A stretch of DNA of 63,805 bases, the filler included, from Reticulomyxa filosa (taxonomy: Eukaryota > Protista > Foraminifera): NCBI GenBank assembly GCA_000512085.1. It is 16 parts of 16 records of this genome, joined end to end, with 100 filler letters (N's around TTAATTAATTAA, not from the genome) between each part and the next. Parts side by side here need not be neighbours in the genome. Positions count along the whole stretch, not along the records: positions 1 to 5,764 come from ASPP01045604.1; positions 5,865 to 8,816 come from ASPP01001182.1; positions 8,917 to 23,505 come from ASPP01005709.1; 13 more parts are not named here. One strand, written 5' to 3'. A program made the position numbers and the translations under genes. Shown here piece after piece: positions 1 to 12,598 of this stretch (position 1 is the first letter of the stretch; each line of letters starts with the position of its first letter). The notes under the pieces were generated by a model. It was not told the origin of the DNA, made no database searches, and saw only the letters and a program-made list of their open reading frames with translations.

Positions 1-298
1 AAAAAAAAAGATATTTTATTCAATTTCAACTTATTTTTTTTAAAAAATTACTATTCATCAACAGTCGAAACTAATCATAATTGTAAACAATACAATCTAG
101 TAAATTAATTAAGCAATATTAAAAAAAGCACAAAACAAAACTAAAATATTTCTTTTTCTGACACTTTCGAAATAAAATAATACATTTTTTTAGTTTTTTT
201 TTTTGCGACAATAGTTTTTTTTTAAACTTAGTCCAAAGTGCACTTTTTTCTTCGTTGTGCGAAAAAAAGTTTGTTTTTTTAAAATATAATTTATAAAG

Positions 299-1276
299 GT
301 CATGCCAAAGCGTTGGCCGAACGTGCATTGAAAAAAAGAAGGAAATACGACAGTGGAAGCTGCAGATGCACGGATCAAAGCTAACAAAGAGTGGCTTGTC
401 CGGGTGACCAAAGTTATGAATCTTATTTTTTTATATTTATATTTCTTATGTGGAAATGTCTTACTACCCGCTTTTTTAATTTTTGCTTGTTTGTATGTCA
501 CCTGGAGCAAAAAGATGAAAGGAACTGTAGTACTCTGAACAATTTTTAAAAAGTGTATTTTTTTTTTTTAAATGACAAAATAAACTAAATTATGTTTTGT
601 TTTAATAGGAGTGCGTGGAATTAAAGTCGACGAGCGTCAAACAAAGATATTCCGTTGTGTGGAAATTATCAAGTTTTTGGACACAGGAGACCACTCTGGA
701 CTCAGTCATGTTGACACCGAACAAGGATGACATAAACCGCTTCAAAAAACTGAATGCACCAGAAAACGGAGAAATCCAAGGAAGATTTGCAGATGTAAAG
801 TACTTGAACAAACTGGTCGCTCCATTGTGACATTGCATTGATGTGACATTGTTTTCCAATGACGATGAAAATGCAAGCTGCAACACTTCTTTGGCGTCAT
901 TTGTTGCTACCTTTTTAATGGCCTTGGCACTAATCAAACATCCCCGGCTAATCGTTGCAACAATTCCAATGGATCAACAGACGACAGCAAAAAAGATCCG
1001 AAAGCGTTGTCCGTTGATCTGGCTAGTTCCTCTTCCTTGAGTTCGCAAATCCATATGTTGAAAGGTTGCTACTTTATGAGCACAAAAAAATCAGTCTTTG
1101 ACACCTTGTTGGCAAGCCCGTGTTCGTTCGACCAACAAAACCAACCTCGCATCACCATCAACCATATCAAAGCCGCAAAGGCCCGTGAAGCGAAAAATGA
1201 TCCGACTGTATTGCGATCCACGTTTGGACAAGTGTTTTCGCAGCTGAAAAATACTTGCTACAGAACTGTTTCATAA
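299..1276 (+). pseudogene. Disrupted fragment of a UBA-containing, HERC/HECT-type E3 ubiquitin ligase
   Basis: Exon ~299-412 reads as UBA-like 'ALAERALKK..NTTVEAA' with a frameshift in a poly-A run. Region 609-1276 gives 'IQGRFADVKYLNKLVAPL*HCIDV' and 'QPRITINHIKAAKAREAKNDPTVLRSTFGQVFSQL', resembling the segment just upstream of the HECT domain in HERC-type ligases. It has an in-frame TGA at 828-830 and a frameshift near 1000. No HECT domain follows. Confidence 0.5.
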
Positions 1277-4154
1277 ACAAAGCTATCTTTTTCAAGTCAT
1301 CAATTTCTTCCTTTGCCTTCTCAACTTGAGTATCCAATTTTTTTCTTAAGTCTTGAATATCAGTTGTATTACACTTTTCATCGTAATGAAAAACAATTTG
1401 AAACAATTTATATATTTTATTAGCGACATATAAAATCACAACAATAAAAAAACCAAGATAATAATATTTTTTGCAATCAATTCTACAACCATGAGTATAC
1501 ATAATCATAAATAATCTCAATAATAACAAAAAAATAAAAAATTGATTAACAAATACTGTTTTCATATTCTTATAACTTCTGTTAATGGGAGTTGTAAGAG
1601 ATGATGAAGAAGAAAGCAGCTGAATTCAAGAGAAAGAAGGTTGGCAAGCACGTAGTGAGTACGGGATCCTGAAGACCACAGTGCAAGAGCATAATAAGCA
1701 GTTGCAAATGCACATCATCACCATGCATTAAAAGAATAACACCATGGGAAGAAAAAGAAGAAAAAAATTCAATTGGTTTTAATGTTGACCCTTCCCAACC
1801 AATCAAGCGAACAACGCCAAAGAAAGAGAGAAAAAGATTGATGAAAAGAGGTCACATAATAGATGCATTGGGAAAAACCCTGGGTGGTAGATTTGCGAAA
1901 TCAATGTTCTTGCGAGAGAATGGGACACATTTAAGAGAATGCCAGCATGTCCTTGGGCAAGAAGGGCTCATAGAAAAAATAATGGTCCCATTACGTTGCT
2001 GAGTGAGAAGAAACAGTGGCAAACCCACTCAACGGCAGTATTTCCATCAACAACTTTCGCTCTTTCGTTTCCTGTCGTTTTTTGAGTGACTTTGAGTGTG
2101 ACTTCCCTTCTTTTTGCGTGCCTTTACGTGTAGCTTCTTTCCTCTTTCTCTTTTTTCCATTTTTAAGCTCTTTTTACTGATCACCATTTTTTTTGCGTGC
2201 ATTGAGTGTGACCTCCGTTTTGTTTTTACAAAATCTTTTTTTGATCGAAGTAATTTAAAGCAGCGTCGTAAAGAACAACCGTTGTACAAGACTTTTTTGG
2301 CTTTCACTTGCTTTTATTAACTTGCTTTTTGAATTGAAAAGAAATAGATTAACACTTCGTCTTTCCTTTTTGAACTTTTCCAAGCAGGAAAGGCTTCCAA
2401 AGTATTTTCAACAAAACACAAATCAAAAATTTGTTTTGATTGCATTTGCAATCAAGTTAGAAACGGAAAAAGTTTGAGTAGTCCGTAATATTTTCCAATG
2501 TGAACACAGCTCGTATCCATGCCGCAAACCTGCTTTTTACTTTTTTTACGTATTGAGGGACAGTGAGGTGGACGAAGTGTAATACGACAGGAATTTAGTT
2601 CCAAAAATCAATTTCAGTAAAAAGGATTAAAATAAAAACAAATAATTATAACATAATAAGGAAAATGAGTAAAAACAACAAGACGAAAGCAAGTTGTGTT
2701 TGAAGAAGGTTTTAACCCACCGGGGGTCCCCCGTTCCTTTAACACTTAAAGTTGCGTTATAGGGACTTTCCCTACAGTATCTTTCTCATATGGAGTTCTA
2801 GTATTTATATCAATGTATACACATTCTTACCAAAGAATGCATGTGTGCATTTACGATGGCTAATAGATGATTGAATGATCAAAGAATAGATCTTGGGGTT
2901 TGACATCTTTTTTTTTTGTAAAAATCAATGAAAAAATTAAGGACACACACAAAACTGCCGCGCTAATGATGCGAATAAACAACAATCTTACAAATTTAAA
3001 ACCATGTCATAGTATTTCCAGAAGTAGGTGAGCCTGAGCTGAGGAAGTCTCTGGGAACAGTTGAAGTAAAAAAAAAAATTTACATACTATTGGACGACAA
3101 AGTGATGAACAAAACTAAGCTCAGAACAGACGAACCATTCTCCCTTGTGCAAAGAAATAAGAATTTGTCAATGGAGACAGAAAAGTTGTTGGCAAAAAGC
3201 CCCTACGCAGGCATTGACCTAAGCAAGAGTAATAAATATGATAATCGAAGCATAGCAGAAATGAAAAAGAGTTGCAAAAGTACATGAGTCTACTGCAAGA
3301 TGAAGACCTTTTGAGGAATTTGGCAGATGGAGGCCGAAAAGTAAAAGACGAAGTGAACCTTTTGGACGCAGCGTTGTTACGAAACAAAGCACGTCAATAT
3401 GTACAAAAAGAGATTGCCGCGACAGCAATCCGAGCGATAGCAGGAACAGGGGGAGGGGCCTCCTCAAAAGCATCAGCCGAGACAATACCGACAGCAAAAA
3501 CTACAGCGATAAGAGCACTACCAACAACAACAACAGTCACATCTATAAGCGCAACCACAACCACAATCACAGCAACAGCTATAGCAACAAAAAAAACAAC
3601 AAAACATGAAATTGACACGTAAAATATATTATATTATATTATGTTGTATTTATATCATATTATGTTATTTTCCATTTTTTTTTCAAAAAAGAGAAAAAAA
3701 ATGAAAACACTTGCAATTGAAACAGTAACAAAGACGAAAAAGTGGAAGACACAGTAGTGAAGAAGAATATGATGTCGACGAATCTGGTGTCATTTTTTTT
3801 TTTTTTTTTTCCCAATATAAATGTGACGACTATGAAAAGAAAAAAAAAAAAAATTATGTTGACGACAAAATGATATGAAAGGAAAGAAAAGTACTATTGC
3901 ATGGCCTCGGAAGCGATAAAAAATGGAAAACTCCGAAAGAAATGAAAGAAAATGACTTGGCCGATTTGATCAATAGCCTCGAGTCTCTCATTATTTCAAA
4001 AGATTCCAAAAGGACACTTGTAAAAAAATCTTTTATTATTTATACGTACCATATGCCAAATAAGCAAACAAAGCCAAATTAACCTCAATTAAAAAAAAAA
4101 TATATAAATAAATAAATAAAGATAAAAACAATATCAAAATATCTGACGAAAGAG

Positions 4155-5712
4155 TTGTATCCTCATCAAGTCCAAGCGCTACAATGGCTGACAGAACGCG
4201 AGGAAACACGCGACACGAAGGAGCCCAAGGGCGGGATAATCGCAGACGAAATGGGATTGGGCAAAACGATTCAAATGATTGCATTGATGTTACGTGAAAA
4301 AGTGGATGAAAGGGAGAAGAATAGAATGGGACCACCAAAAAAAGAAGAAGAAGAAAAAACAACAACAAATGAAAGTCAAGACAAGAACAAACTTTACAGC
4401 GACGGCACACTGGTGATTTGTCCATTGTCAGTAATGGATCATTGGGCGAAGGAAATCGAGTCGTTTGTCAAAGACAAGGGATTGACGGTATATAAATATC
4501 ACGGGTCGTCGCGACTCAATGACGCGTTAGAACTGACTCGCTGCAATTTTGGCGTGGTGCTGACCACATATGGTTGCGTGCAGGCCGACTATACGGCATA
4601 TCGCAAGAAAGTGGTTGCACTTAAAACTACATTAAAGGCGTTACAAAGTCGCATTGGCGATCCTCGCAAGGAAAAGGATAGGGACAAGAATAAGAATAAG
4701 AATAAGAATAAGAACAAGAGTATAGAGAGTGACGACAGTGATGAAGACGGTGCTAACGCATTGGAACAGCAGTGCAAACGCACGCAATTGAAACTCGTGG
4801 ATTGTATTCACTCCACACAAGACCACGTGTTGGCACGTATCCATTGGAGACGCGTCATTTTGGACGAGGCGCACACCATCAAAAATCCCAAGTCGCAAAC
4901 GCATAAAGCCGTGTGCAGCTTGGAATGCGATTTTCGATGGTTCGTCACTGGCACACCCATTCAAAACTCGCTGGACGATTTGTATGCCGCCTTTCATTTC
5001 CTGCGCTTTGCTCCATACTCGGACTATTCTTTTTGGAAAAAGTACATTTTCCAAAACCCGGATGGAATATCTTTATTAAAAGTTTTATTTGTTTTGTTTT
5101 GTTTTTTCATCCATTTGCTTTGCCTTTGCCTTTGGTTTATGTTATGTCTGCATACATTTTGAACATTGGAACACTTTAGAAGTTACTTGGCTCTATCATG
5201 TTGCGACGCTGCAAAAGCGGGTCGCTTTCGAAACCTTTGGTGCAATTGCCGTCCAAGCAGTTGATTACACATGAAATTGACTTTACCGATCTCGAGAGCC
5301 AAATGTACAAACGTTTGCATACGTACATGACCAAACTGTTTGCGCAGTACGTCGCGCAAAACACCGTGGGGACGCACTTTAGCAGGTGCTTGTCCATGTT
5401 GCTACGTCTCAGGCAAGCCTGCAATGACTTTCGGCTTTTGCCCGTTTCATTGGTCGAGCGTCTCGCTCAGCAATATGACACTCCACAAGGTGTCGTCGAT
5501 CTCTCCAAGTTTTTGGATTCTTCCTGCTCAAGTTTATTTGGAGTTGTTTTTTTTTTTCATCTGTTACAATCAAAATGCAATTGTTTTGTGTTTTCAATTC
5601 TATGTATCACACAAACTCTTCAACGAAGCTTTCAATTCCATTTGTCCCATTTGCTTGGATTCCATCTCTACGCAACAGAAATCGATGTCTGTCCCGTGTG
5701 GTCACAGTTTCG
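4155..5712 (+). CDS. SNF2-family helicase with RING finger (Rad5/Rad16/TTF2-like); multi-exon, 3'-truncated by contig end. Low-complexity upstream exons probably lie at ~3090-4020
   Basis: Motifs LYPHQ, GGIIADEMGLGKT (Walker A), TLVICPLSV, RVILDEAHTIKN (DExH), RWFVTGTPIQN, MLRR, LLRLRQAC and the RING start CPICLD...VPCGHSF. A GT-AG intron at 5082-5179 keeps the frame. Confidence 0.93.
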
Positions 5713-5726
5713 TGTTTTCACAACAA

Positions 5727-5760
<34 letters not shown>

Positions 5761-5764
5761 AAAA

Positions 5765-5864
5765 NNNNNNNNNNNNNNNNNNNNNNNNNNNNNNNNNNNN
5801 NNNNNNNNTTAATTAATTAANNNNNNNNNNNNNNNNNNNNNNNNNNNNNNNNNNNNNNNNNNNN
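5765..5864. other. Artificial contig linker (44 N + TTAATTAATTAA + 44 N); first of 15 identical linkers
   Basis: The same 100-bp structure starts at 5765, 8817, 23506, 27450, 28712, 33529, 34908, 36950, 48496, 50322, 52164, 53580, 56029, 57197 and 59536. The 12-mer puts stops in all six frames. Sequence style changes abruptly across several linkers. Confidence 0.98.
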
Positions 5865-6500
5865 TTGTTGTTGTTGTTGTGAGAAGTGCCAAGACTAACA
5901 CTCCGCTCGGTGATCGTCTTGGGTGGAGATACACTGCTAAGCCCTCCTCCACGAATGCTGAAGTTGCGAAGAATGGATGTGTCCTGATTGAGCGAAAAGG
6001 GATTGTTGAGATTAGAATGATGCGAGTAAAAATAATTATTGTAGATTTGATTATCTCCTGCAACATTATTTTTTGTGTTCTTTGTATTTGTTTGTTGTTG
6101 TTGTTGTTGCTGTTGCTGTTGCTGATGAAGACCCAATCTATTCCAATCCTGTTTTGCTGTCTTTTCTGTCATATGGATTGTTGTTGTTGTTGTTGTTGCT
6201 GCTGCTGTTGTTGTTGTTATTGTTGTAACTGTCTCTTCTTTCCCAACAGCCGAGGCCCCTGCCTTTTGTTCGCTGGACAATTTGTCCACATTCGATACGC
6301 TGATCTTTATTGGGCTCTGTTTGATATTAGGATCCTCTTCCATTGGAACTGGCATGTCCAGCAAGGACGACGTGCCAACGCTCGTTTGCAATGGAATTGA
6401 CGTTTGCGGATAACGTGTTTGTGAAGTGGATGCCTGCGCCGGTGACGTTGCAAACATTACCACACTTTTGTTCCCACTACCAGGGGCGTCTTCATTCGCA
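5865..6500 (-). CDS. Low-complexity (poly-Q/T/N) host protein exon, partial
   Basis: Long open frame (5813..6583 -) built from (CAA/CAG/ACA)n repeats and preceded by a TA-rich intron-like tract. No domain recognised. Confidence 0.5.
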
Positions 6501-8420
6501 CACATATATAAATTTAAATATATACATATACATATTTGTATATGTACATATATATGTGTGTATACATTTATATATGTTTGCAAGGATACAAGGAAAAGAT
6601 CATACCGCTGTCACGACGATGAAAGTGGCCGAAGAGGTCACGATCGTGATAGTTTTCATTATCATTGTCATGATCATTTCGTTATGATTGCTTTCAATTT
6701 GATTGTTCCGACATTGTTCCAAGATGACCGCAAATACTTTAAAGCTGCATCAAAAATTGAAACATCATCGATATCTTTGAACGACAAACGAGTTTTGATG
6801 ATTTTTTTTTTTTACTTTGTAAAGTTAAAAACAAATTGACAGCACTCACTGAATTGAACAAAGATGGCTGAAACATTAGTACAATGCGTACGCGTGCTGT
6901 TTAAACTAGATCTATATCAAAAAATCGTAGATTTAATCATTACAATGGCAAATGACTATCGAGTCATTGAAAGAAATTAAAAAACTGTTGTCCGTAAATG
7001 TGTATAGTCGTCAAAAAACTATAGGAAACAGAGTAGTGTGCGTAGTGTTCTCTCATTCCTACACTGGACACAAGACGAAAGAATGTGAATTCAATCGCGC
7101 AAATTTAAAAGGACGTGATGTCGCTATTTACACAATACTGAGCCAAGTGTTCCATTCTTTTGTAACCTGTTGCAAAATTAACTTAGAGATTGATGAATTT
7201 GAGTCTGATCACGATAATGCCTATATTAAAGGCACTTTTTTTTGTTTGTTTTTTTTATTGGCTGAAGCTGTTCCTTTGTGCTTATGTCAATGAATTGATG
7301 TATGTTTGGGTTGACTAGGCATTGCTATCGAAGAATGGACCGAAACAGATATTATTTTGGGACACAGTTTGCTACAAACATTTTCTTTGTTTCTAATGTA
7401 TACTTAAACTTTGTATTCTACCTCTCATCTATCTAAATAATGTTGTATTAGAAAATCGTTGTACAATTCCAAATTGGCTTAGGTGGACTGACATGAACCC
7501 TGATGACTATCCAATCTATTTAGCATATGTAAACAAAGATCAAACGTTACGAGATTCCAAACGTGTTAGCGAAGCGGAAATAAACTTTGACAGCCGTGGC
7601 ACTTACGACTTAAATAATCAGTACGTTAGTACATGTTTGGTATTGGTAAAACCCAAAATATCGACTCTAAAATATTATCGTAAACATGGGAGAAAACCAG
7701 GAAAAAAAAGAAGATTGAGTAGAGCAAGCGATAGTAGTTATGCATTCCCAACCAAAAAAGCAAAACAATAACCTGTTACAATAAAGTCGGATGAACCGAG
7801 CAATATTTTGTCTTTGTTAAGAATCTCTTGTAGCTTCACATTACAGACCAATCAAAATGATAATTGTTTTTGGCAAAAAATTAAAAAAATTGCACTTTGC
7901 GACATTTAAGTCAAATTCAATTTTATTGACAACTGTATTATCCACAAGAATTCTGTAAATTTCAATAAGTGAAAATAAATTGATTACAAGATTAAACAAA
8001 GAAATAACAAAAAGTGTTTTCAAGTGAGTTGTAGTATGCCCTTCACAAAAAAATGATGATATTTACACGAGCCGATTACTTCCAAAAGCATTGACAAAAT
8101 GCTTGCACTCTCAAGCTAGCTATCAAACTGTGTGAAAATAGTGTGTATATTCGTCGAGATATTGGGTATCTTGCTCGTCCTCTCGTTTGCAGGACCTGAA
8201 AGCCTCGTTGATCAACAAAGACACAAAAAGGGATAAACAAGCCCAGAAAAAGCAAGAAAAATCGAAAGCTAAAAAAGTGAGCGAAGCATCGCAGTCAGAT
8301 GTTCCAACACAGTCTTCCAAAACGGTATACACAAACCAATATAAAAAAGTATTACTTCATTTTTTGAAATGAACGCTGGAAACAAAGAAATGCAACTGCT
8401 TATGAAAAATTTCGTTTTTT

Positions 8421-8816
8421 TCAATTGATATAAGTGATCAAATACATTGGATAGCATTGTCCTAAGTCAAATGTAACAAAAATAGTGGGACACTCCAGAT
8501 CATTTACACATGAGTCGTACAAATCGTGACAGCCTAATTTAATGGGCTCTGGTCTAACCAAATCTCGATGTCCAAGATGATAATTACCAACTTTGACCCG
8601 GCACAAGAGCATTTGACGTGTTCGATCAATATCGGATTCATGACAAAACCGATTACTGTAAGAAGAATGAACAGCAAAATAGGAGCCTTTTCCATAAGCA
8701 GTGTCATTGGTACCAGATAATCTTGGATCAATACCTTGCTGGACAATAGCAGCAACACATCCTGGTGATGTACCATGAAATAGATAATGTTCCCTTATGG
8801 CAGCAGGATTTGTCCT
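8421..8816 (-). CDS. PARP catalytic domain (PARP7/11/12-like mono-ADP-ribosyltransferase), 5'-truncated
   Basis: Manual translation from the contig edge: ...EHYLFHGTSPGCVAAIVQQGIDPRLSGTNDTAYGKGSYFAVHSSYS...QMLLCRVKVG...LYDSCVNDLECPTIFVTFDLGQCYPMYLITYIN*. The HGT, GxGxYFA, YDS and YPxYLITY motifs are present. Confidence 0.92.
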   Translation of the reverse strand, partial: RTNPAAIREHYLFHGTSPGCVAAIVQQGIDPRLSGTNDTAYGKGSYFAVHSSYSNRFCHESDIDRTRQMLLCRVKVGNYHLGHRDLVRPEPIKLGCHDLYDSCVNDLECPTIFVTFDLGQCYPMYLITYIN

Positions 8817-8916
8817 NNNNNNNNNNNNNNNNNNNNNNNNNNNNNNNNNNNNNNNNNNNNTTAATTAATTAANNNNNNNNNNNNNNNNNNNNNNNNNNNN
8901 NNNNNNNNNNNNNNNN

Positions 8917-9817
8917 TTTTTTTTTTTTTTGAATGCGTGTTTTCGCGAATTCTCATTGCCAACAATTGGCAAGCAAAAATTAACTTACTTTTTTTTGCTC
9001 ACTTTTCAAAACAAAATGCGAACAAGTAAATAAACAAATAATAAGTATACGTAACCAATGATAATGTAAGTCCAGCACTTGTAAAAAATGTACAATACAG
9101 CAGCAAGTGGCTGCTGCTGCGAGTGGGTGTGAAGGAAATGAACGCATGCCCATTCTTCTTGGTTATTGATGGCCTCGATCATCTCTTCTAGAGCTTCTTG
9201 AGAAAGTGCGATTTTTTGGGTTGTTCCGGCGACTGATGTACTTTTGTTTGGTGCGACATTACCGTTTGCATTGTCTCCCTTGGCGTCTTTCGTTGCCGCG
9301 GCAACACTTTTTGAGAGCATCTGTTGAAAGTACTTTTTTTTTTTTTTTTGACTTTTTTTAAAAATTAGTAATCCCCCTCCCCCTTTCTTCCTCTTTACCC
9401 CCCATTATTGTTTGATTAACTCGTGTGGTCGTCGTCATTGTCATAATCATAATCGTAGTCATAGTCATAATCATCATCATCGCCATCATCTTTGTCATCA
9501 TTTTCTTCTCCCAATTGTTCCAAGTATTGTCTTAAATCCTCCTGATTTCCTGTGTATGCTCGCCTTATGTTCTCTTGTGACATCCTTTTCACTGTACTAT
9601 TTAATACGCTCGGCTGGGTCGCGTTTCTCCCCAGTTGCTTCATTTTGTTTGCAGTCTCATCTCCAGGTCTTGATCCGACACTTTTTTTCGGTTCCAAGGT
9701 TGTCCCGTTGTTGAGGGGGTCCATCCTTTCCGACCCAGGCAAGTCCTTCTTGTTTTGGTCCTTTGGCGTCTCTGCTGTTTGTGAAATGTTTCCATTATCT
9801 ACTGAAGTTGTTGCCAT
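8917..9817 (-). CDS. Hypothetical multi-exon host protein (5' part; acidic DY repeat, start of a hydrophobic segment)
   Basis: ORFs 9416..9817 and 9006..9320 on the minus strand are separated by an intron-like poly-A/G tract. The gene runs off the contig. Confidence 0.55.
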
Positions 9818-10721
9818 CTACACTCCTGGTCGTCAGCTTTGTTCCTCACCGAAAAATGTCAAATTTCTTTGATTTTTACAACGGAATTTGAGAGAAAGAG
9901 AAATAAAAAGGAACAAACCCACAAACGGTTGGGAGTAACGTGGTAAATGAAACACGACCTTATGTGAGACTTGCAAAAAATTTATTACGAAGTATATTTG
10001 TTTTTTGGACGTGCTTGCTAACAGATAGCCGTAAAACCTATATATTAGCAATTTTAAAGTATAACAAGCTGTTATTTTATTTTTGCGTTTACGTAAGTGA
10101 AAAGTATCATTCTGCACAATATGCTTATGTTGAAAACGCGTTTTTTAAAGTAACGTACTATGCCAGCGCACATTTTACAAGTCACAAACATTCTGGCAAA
10201 ATAGTTGAAATAAGAAACAAAATCTTATTCTGAAGCAAAAATATTTCTCACAATTAATTTTTCGATATATCGATTGCCCAATTATCGCAAAATGTGGTAA
10301 TTGTAGTGTATTTGCTGAGTTAATAAGTAATTTAAATAATTTAAAGGAATTTAACATATAATCAAAATAGAAAGTCAAATTGTGTAACTCCTAGATTTAT
10401 TGCAGCAAAAAAAAATTAAATATATATATATTTATTCAATATGTTTGAATAATTTCTTTTGAAAGAAAAAATTAGCTTCTTTAGTGTAGAGTGAAATTTG
10501 GAGTCAATTACATGCACTAGAATTTTGTTTTAAAGAGTGAACTGATTTTTAAAAATATTGTGATAGAAAAATCAATCGTACTTGTTCAATAGAAAAGGAA
10601 ATGTGATCTTTTGTTTCTGCTTTATACTGACATTTTTTTTTTTGAAAGGACCTCAGAAGTTTCCAAAGAATAAATAAAACAACTTATATTGCAAAGAAAA
10701 ATGTTTGGGGGGTTCATGATT

Positions 10722-11502
10722 TCAGGTTTGAGTTTGACTTTCAGGTTCAGTGTCAAACTGGTCCATATTAGGCATCCAAGGGTTTGTGTCCATCTTCGGG
10801 GCAAATCCTGTCAAACAAAGAGAAGCACGTTTTTTTGTTGTTTTTGATGACGTGTCGATTGATCACTAATGAAAAATGAACAAACCTAAGTATCTTTGAA
10901 CATTTGAACGTATGGCCATGGAGCCAATGACAAGCATGAAAGTCATACTACAATCAGTGACATCATTTCCAGGCAAACTGCGATGACTGAGCTTTTGAAG
11001 CAATGAAAAAGGTTCAAATGGCAGTTTCGCAACGACATATGCTTCGTAAACGGTACTTAGAAATGCATATGTACTTACAAATACCAAAGCCAATGCAAAG
11101 TGAGAAGGCATTTGCATTAGGTACAAATCTCGTGTCAAACGACGCATTTCATTTTCGATTTGCTCCGTTGCTTTTTTCATACTTTTATCTTTTCTTAGTT
11201 TTTTACGGCTCTCTTCGACTATAGATATATTTTGGTTGATTATTTTGCTTTTCATTTTGTGGCTTTTAAAAAACAAAATAAAATAAAAAGGCCTTACGTT
11301 TGGAATTTAAAATGTCAATTTGGTTTTTCAATGTTTTGTATCGCTTGGTACGATACAGCAAAAAGTATGATACACCTATGCAAGGAGCAGAAATTTCTGT
11401 TTAGAAATTTTTTCTTTTTTCTTCGCTTCTTGCTTTACCTTCAGATATGCATGAAGTGAAAATGACGAGGACAAGTATCCAAATGCACGCTGTATAGGCC
11501 AT
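10722..11502 (-). CDS. TMCO1: TMCO1 / DUF106 ER membrane protein (4 exons)
   Basis: Spliced reading: MAYTACIWILVLVIFTSCISEG|VSYFLLYRTKRYKTLKNQIDILNSK|LEESRKK...VVAKLPFEPFSLLQKLSHRSLPGNDVTDCSMTFMLVIGSMAIRSNVQRYLG|FAPKMD...*. This matches the TMCO1 signatures VAKLPF and SHRxLxGxDxTDCS. GT-AG introns keep the frame. Confidence 0.9.
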
Positions 11503-11718
11503 TTAAAATAATGATTAACGAATAAAAAGGGATAAACAGAAACTCTTAGTTTTCCTGCTTTATACCATTTAGGCTTGTAGGCCATCGTTCTATCACAGCC
11601 ACGGATTGAAAATTGTTAACCCAAAAGTTTAATCAAGAGAACTTTCGATTTTTATCAATATGACACACAGCAACTTTTATTTAAGTTCTTTGTGCGTCCC
11701 TTTCCAACAAAAAAAATA

Positions 11719-12598
11719 ATGGACGAACAAATCCTATACAACGATACGTATTGGTGTTACGTAGTGGAGTATTTGCCGTGCTATGAAGCAGTTTCAATGT
11801 CCTCTCGATTGAGCAAGTATCACGGAAATGTGATACTCCAAAGTAAGAGCAAAGCCTGGCTAGTGAAACTGTTTCAACGAGACGAAGGAACAAAGATATT
11901 GTCTAAACAAGACAACGAAACATTGAATAATTTCAAAAATGTACTTGAAGCTGATCCTAACCAAGTATTTCTACTTTCTCGACTTTGGCATTCTTTGTAT
12001 CCCCTCTCAACTAATTCAAATTCAAACAAGAGTCAACTTGATCGATTAGATGAAGTCTTCAAACACCCTTTTACGTCACAACCCGGCTATCATCATATGC
12101 GCTTGTTTTGTTGTAATTATTTAAACCAATTCGTAGGTTTGTGTATTTTTAGAGGGAAAACAGTGTCACTCCTTTTTTTTTTTGGCGTCCTCCTCCTCTC
12201 TCTCTTGTCGGATCTAAAATGAAACTAAAAATAAAAAAAAAGAGGAATTTTTGGAAGTGAAACAAAATGTATTTGAGAACGACAATATGTTTGCATTACC
12301 AACATCGATAAAGAATTGGGAGACAGAAATGGCCGAGTTTCATAACAAGGTGGAGTGGATTGCAAAGGAAGGTGCAACCCCGGAGCGACTGACTGAAATG
12401 AGCAACTTCCACGATTACTACACACTCAAATTGGAAGAAATGAAATACAAAATCGCGCTTTTACAATTGCAATGCCTAAAATTCAAAGATTGCTTTCAAA
12501 TTTTCTTCGATCGTGAAGACGCTTTTTATGTCATAAAGCGAGAACTTACCAAAATGAAAGATCTCATCGATCAAGAAACGAAACAGGATTCATCATAG
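11719..12598 (+). CDS. Hypothetical two-exon protein with a possible F-box-like N-terminus and coiled-coil C-terminus
   Basis: ORFs 11692..12222 and 12251..12598 are separated by an intron-like tract. The N-terminal 'DTYWCYVVEYLPCYEAVSMSSRLSK' resembles an F-box. The gene is divergent from TMCO1. Confidence 0.55.

Noticed and set aside
828-830. Stop-codon readthrough or selenocysteine in host genes
   Set aside because: The in-frame stops co-occur with frameshifts in fragmentary loci, while intact host genes use TAA/TAG/TGA as normal stops.
5809-5820. Recurring TTAATTAATTAA palindrome as a biological repeat or CRISPR repeat
   Set aside because: It is always centred in 44+44 N, so it is an artificial six-frame-stop linker. 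ORFs ending in 'XXXLIN' are artefacts.
5879-6400. Poly-Cys/poly-Leu plus-strand ORF
   Set aside because: It is the antisense shadow of (CAA/ACA)n codons of the minus-strand gene.
6864-8372. ORF fragments between the low-complexity gene and PARP as a viral or transposon insert
   Set aside because: No recognisable domain, terminal repeat or target duplication was found, so they are left unannotated.
11503-11585. MAYKPKW... ORF as the TMCO1 start
   Set aside because: It is in a different frame from the TMCO1-like first exon, which begins at the ATG at 11502.
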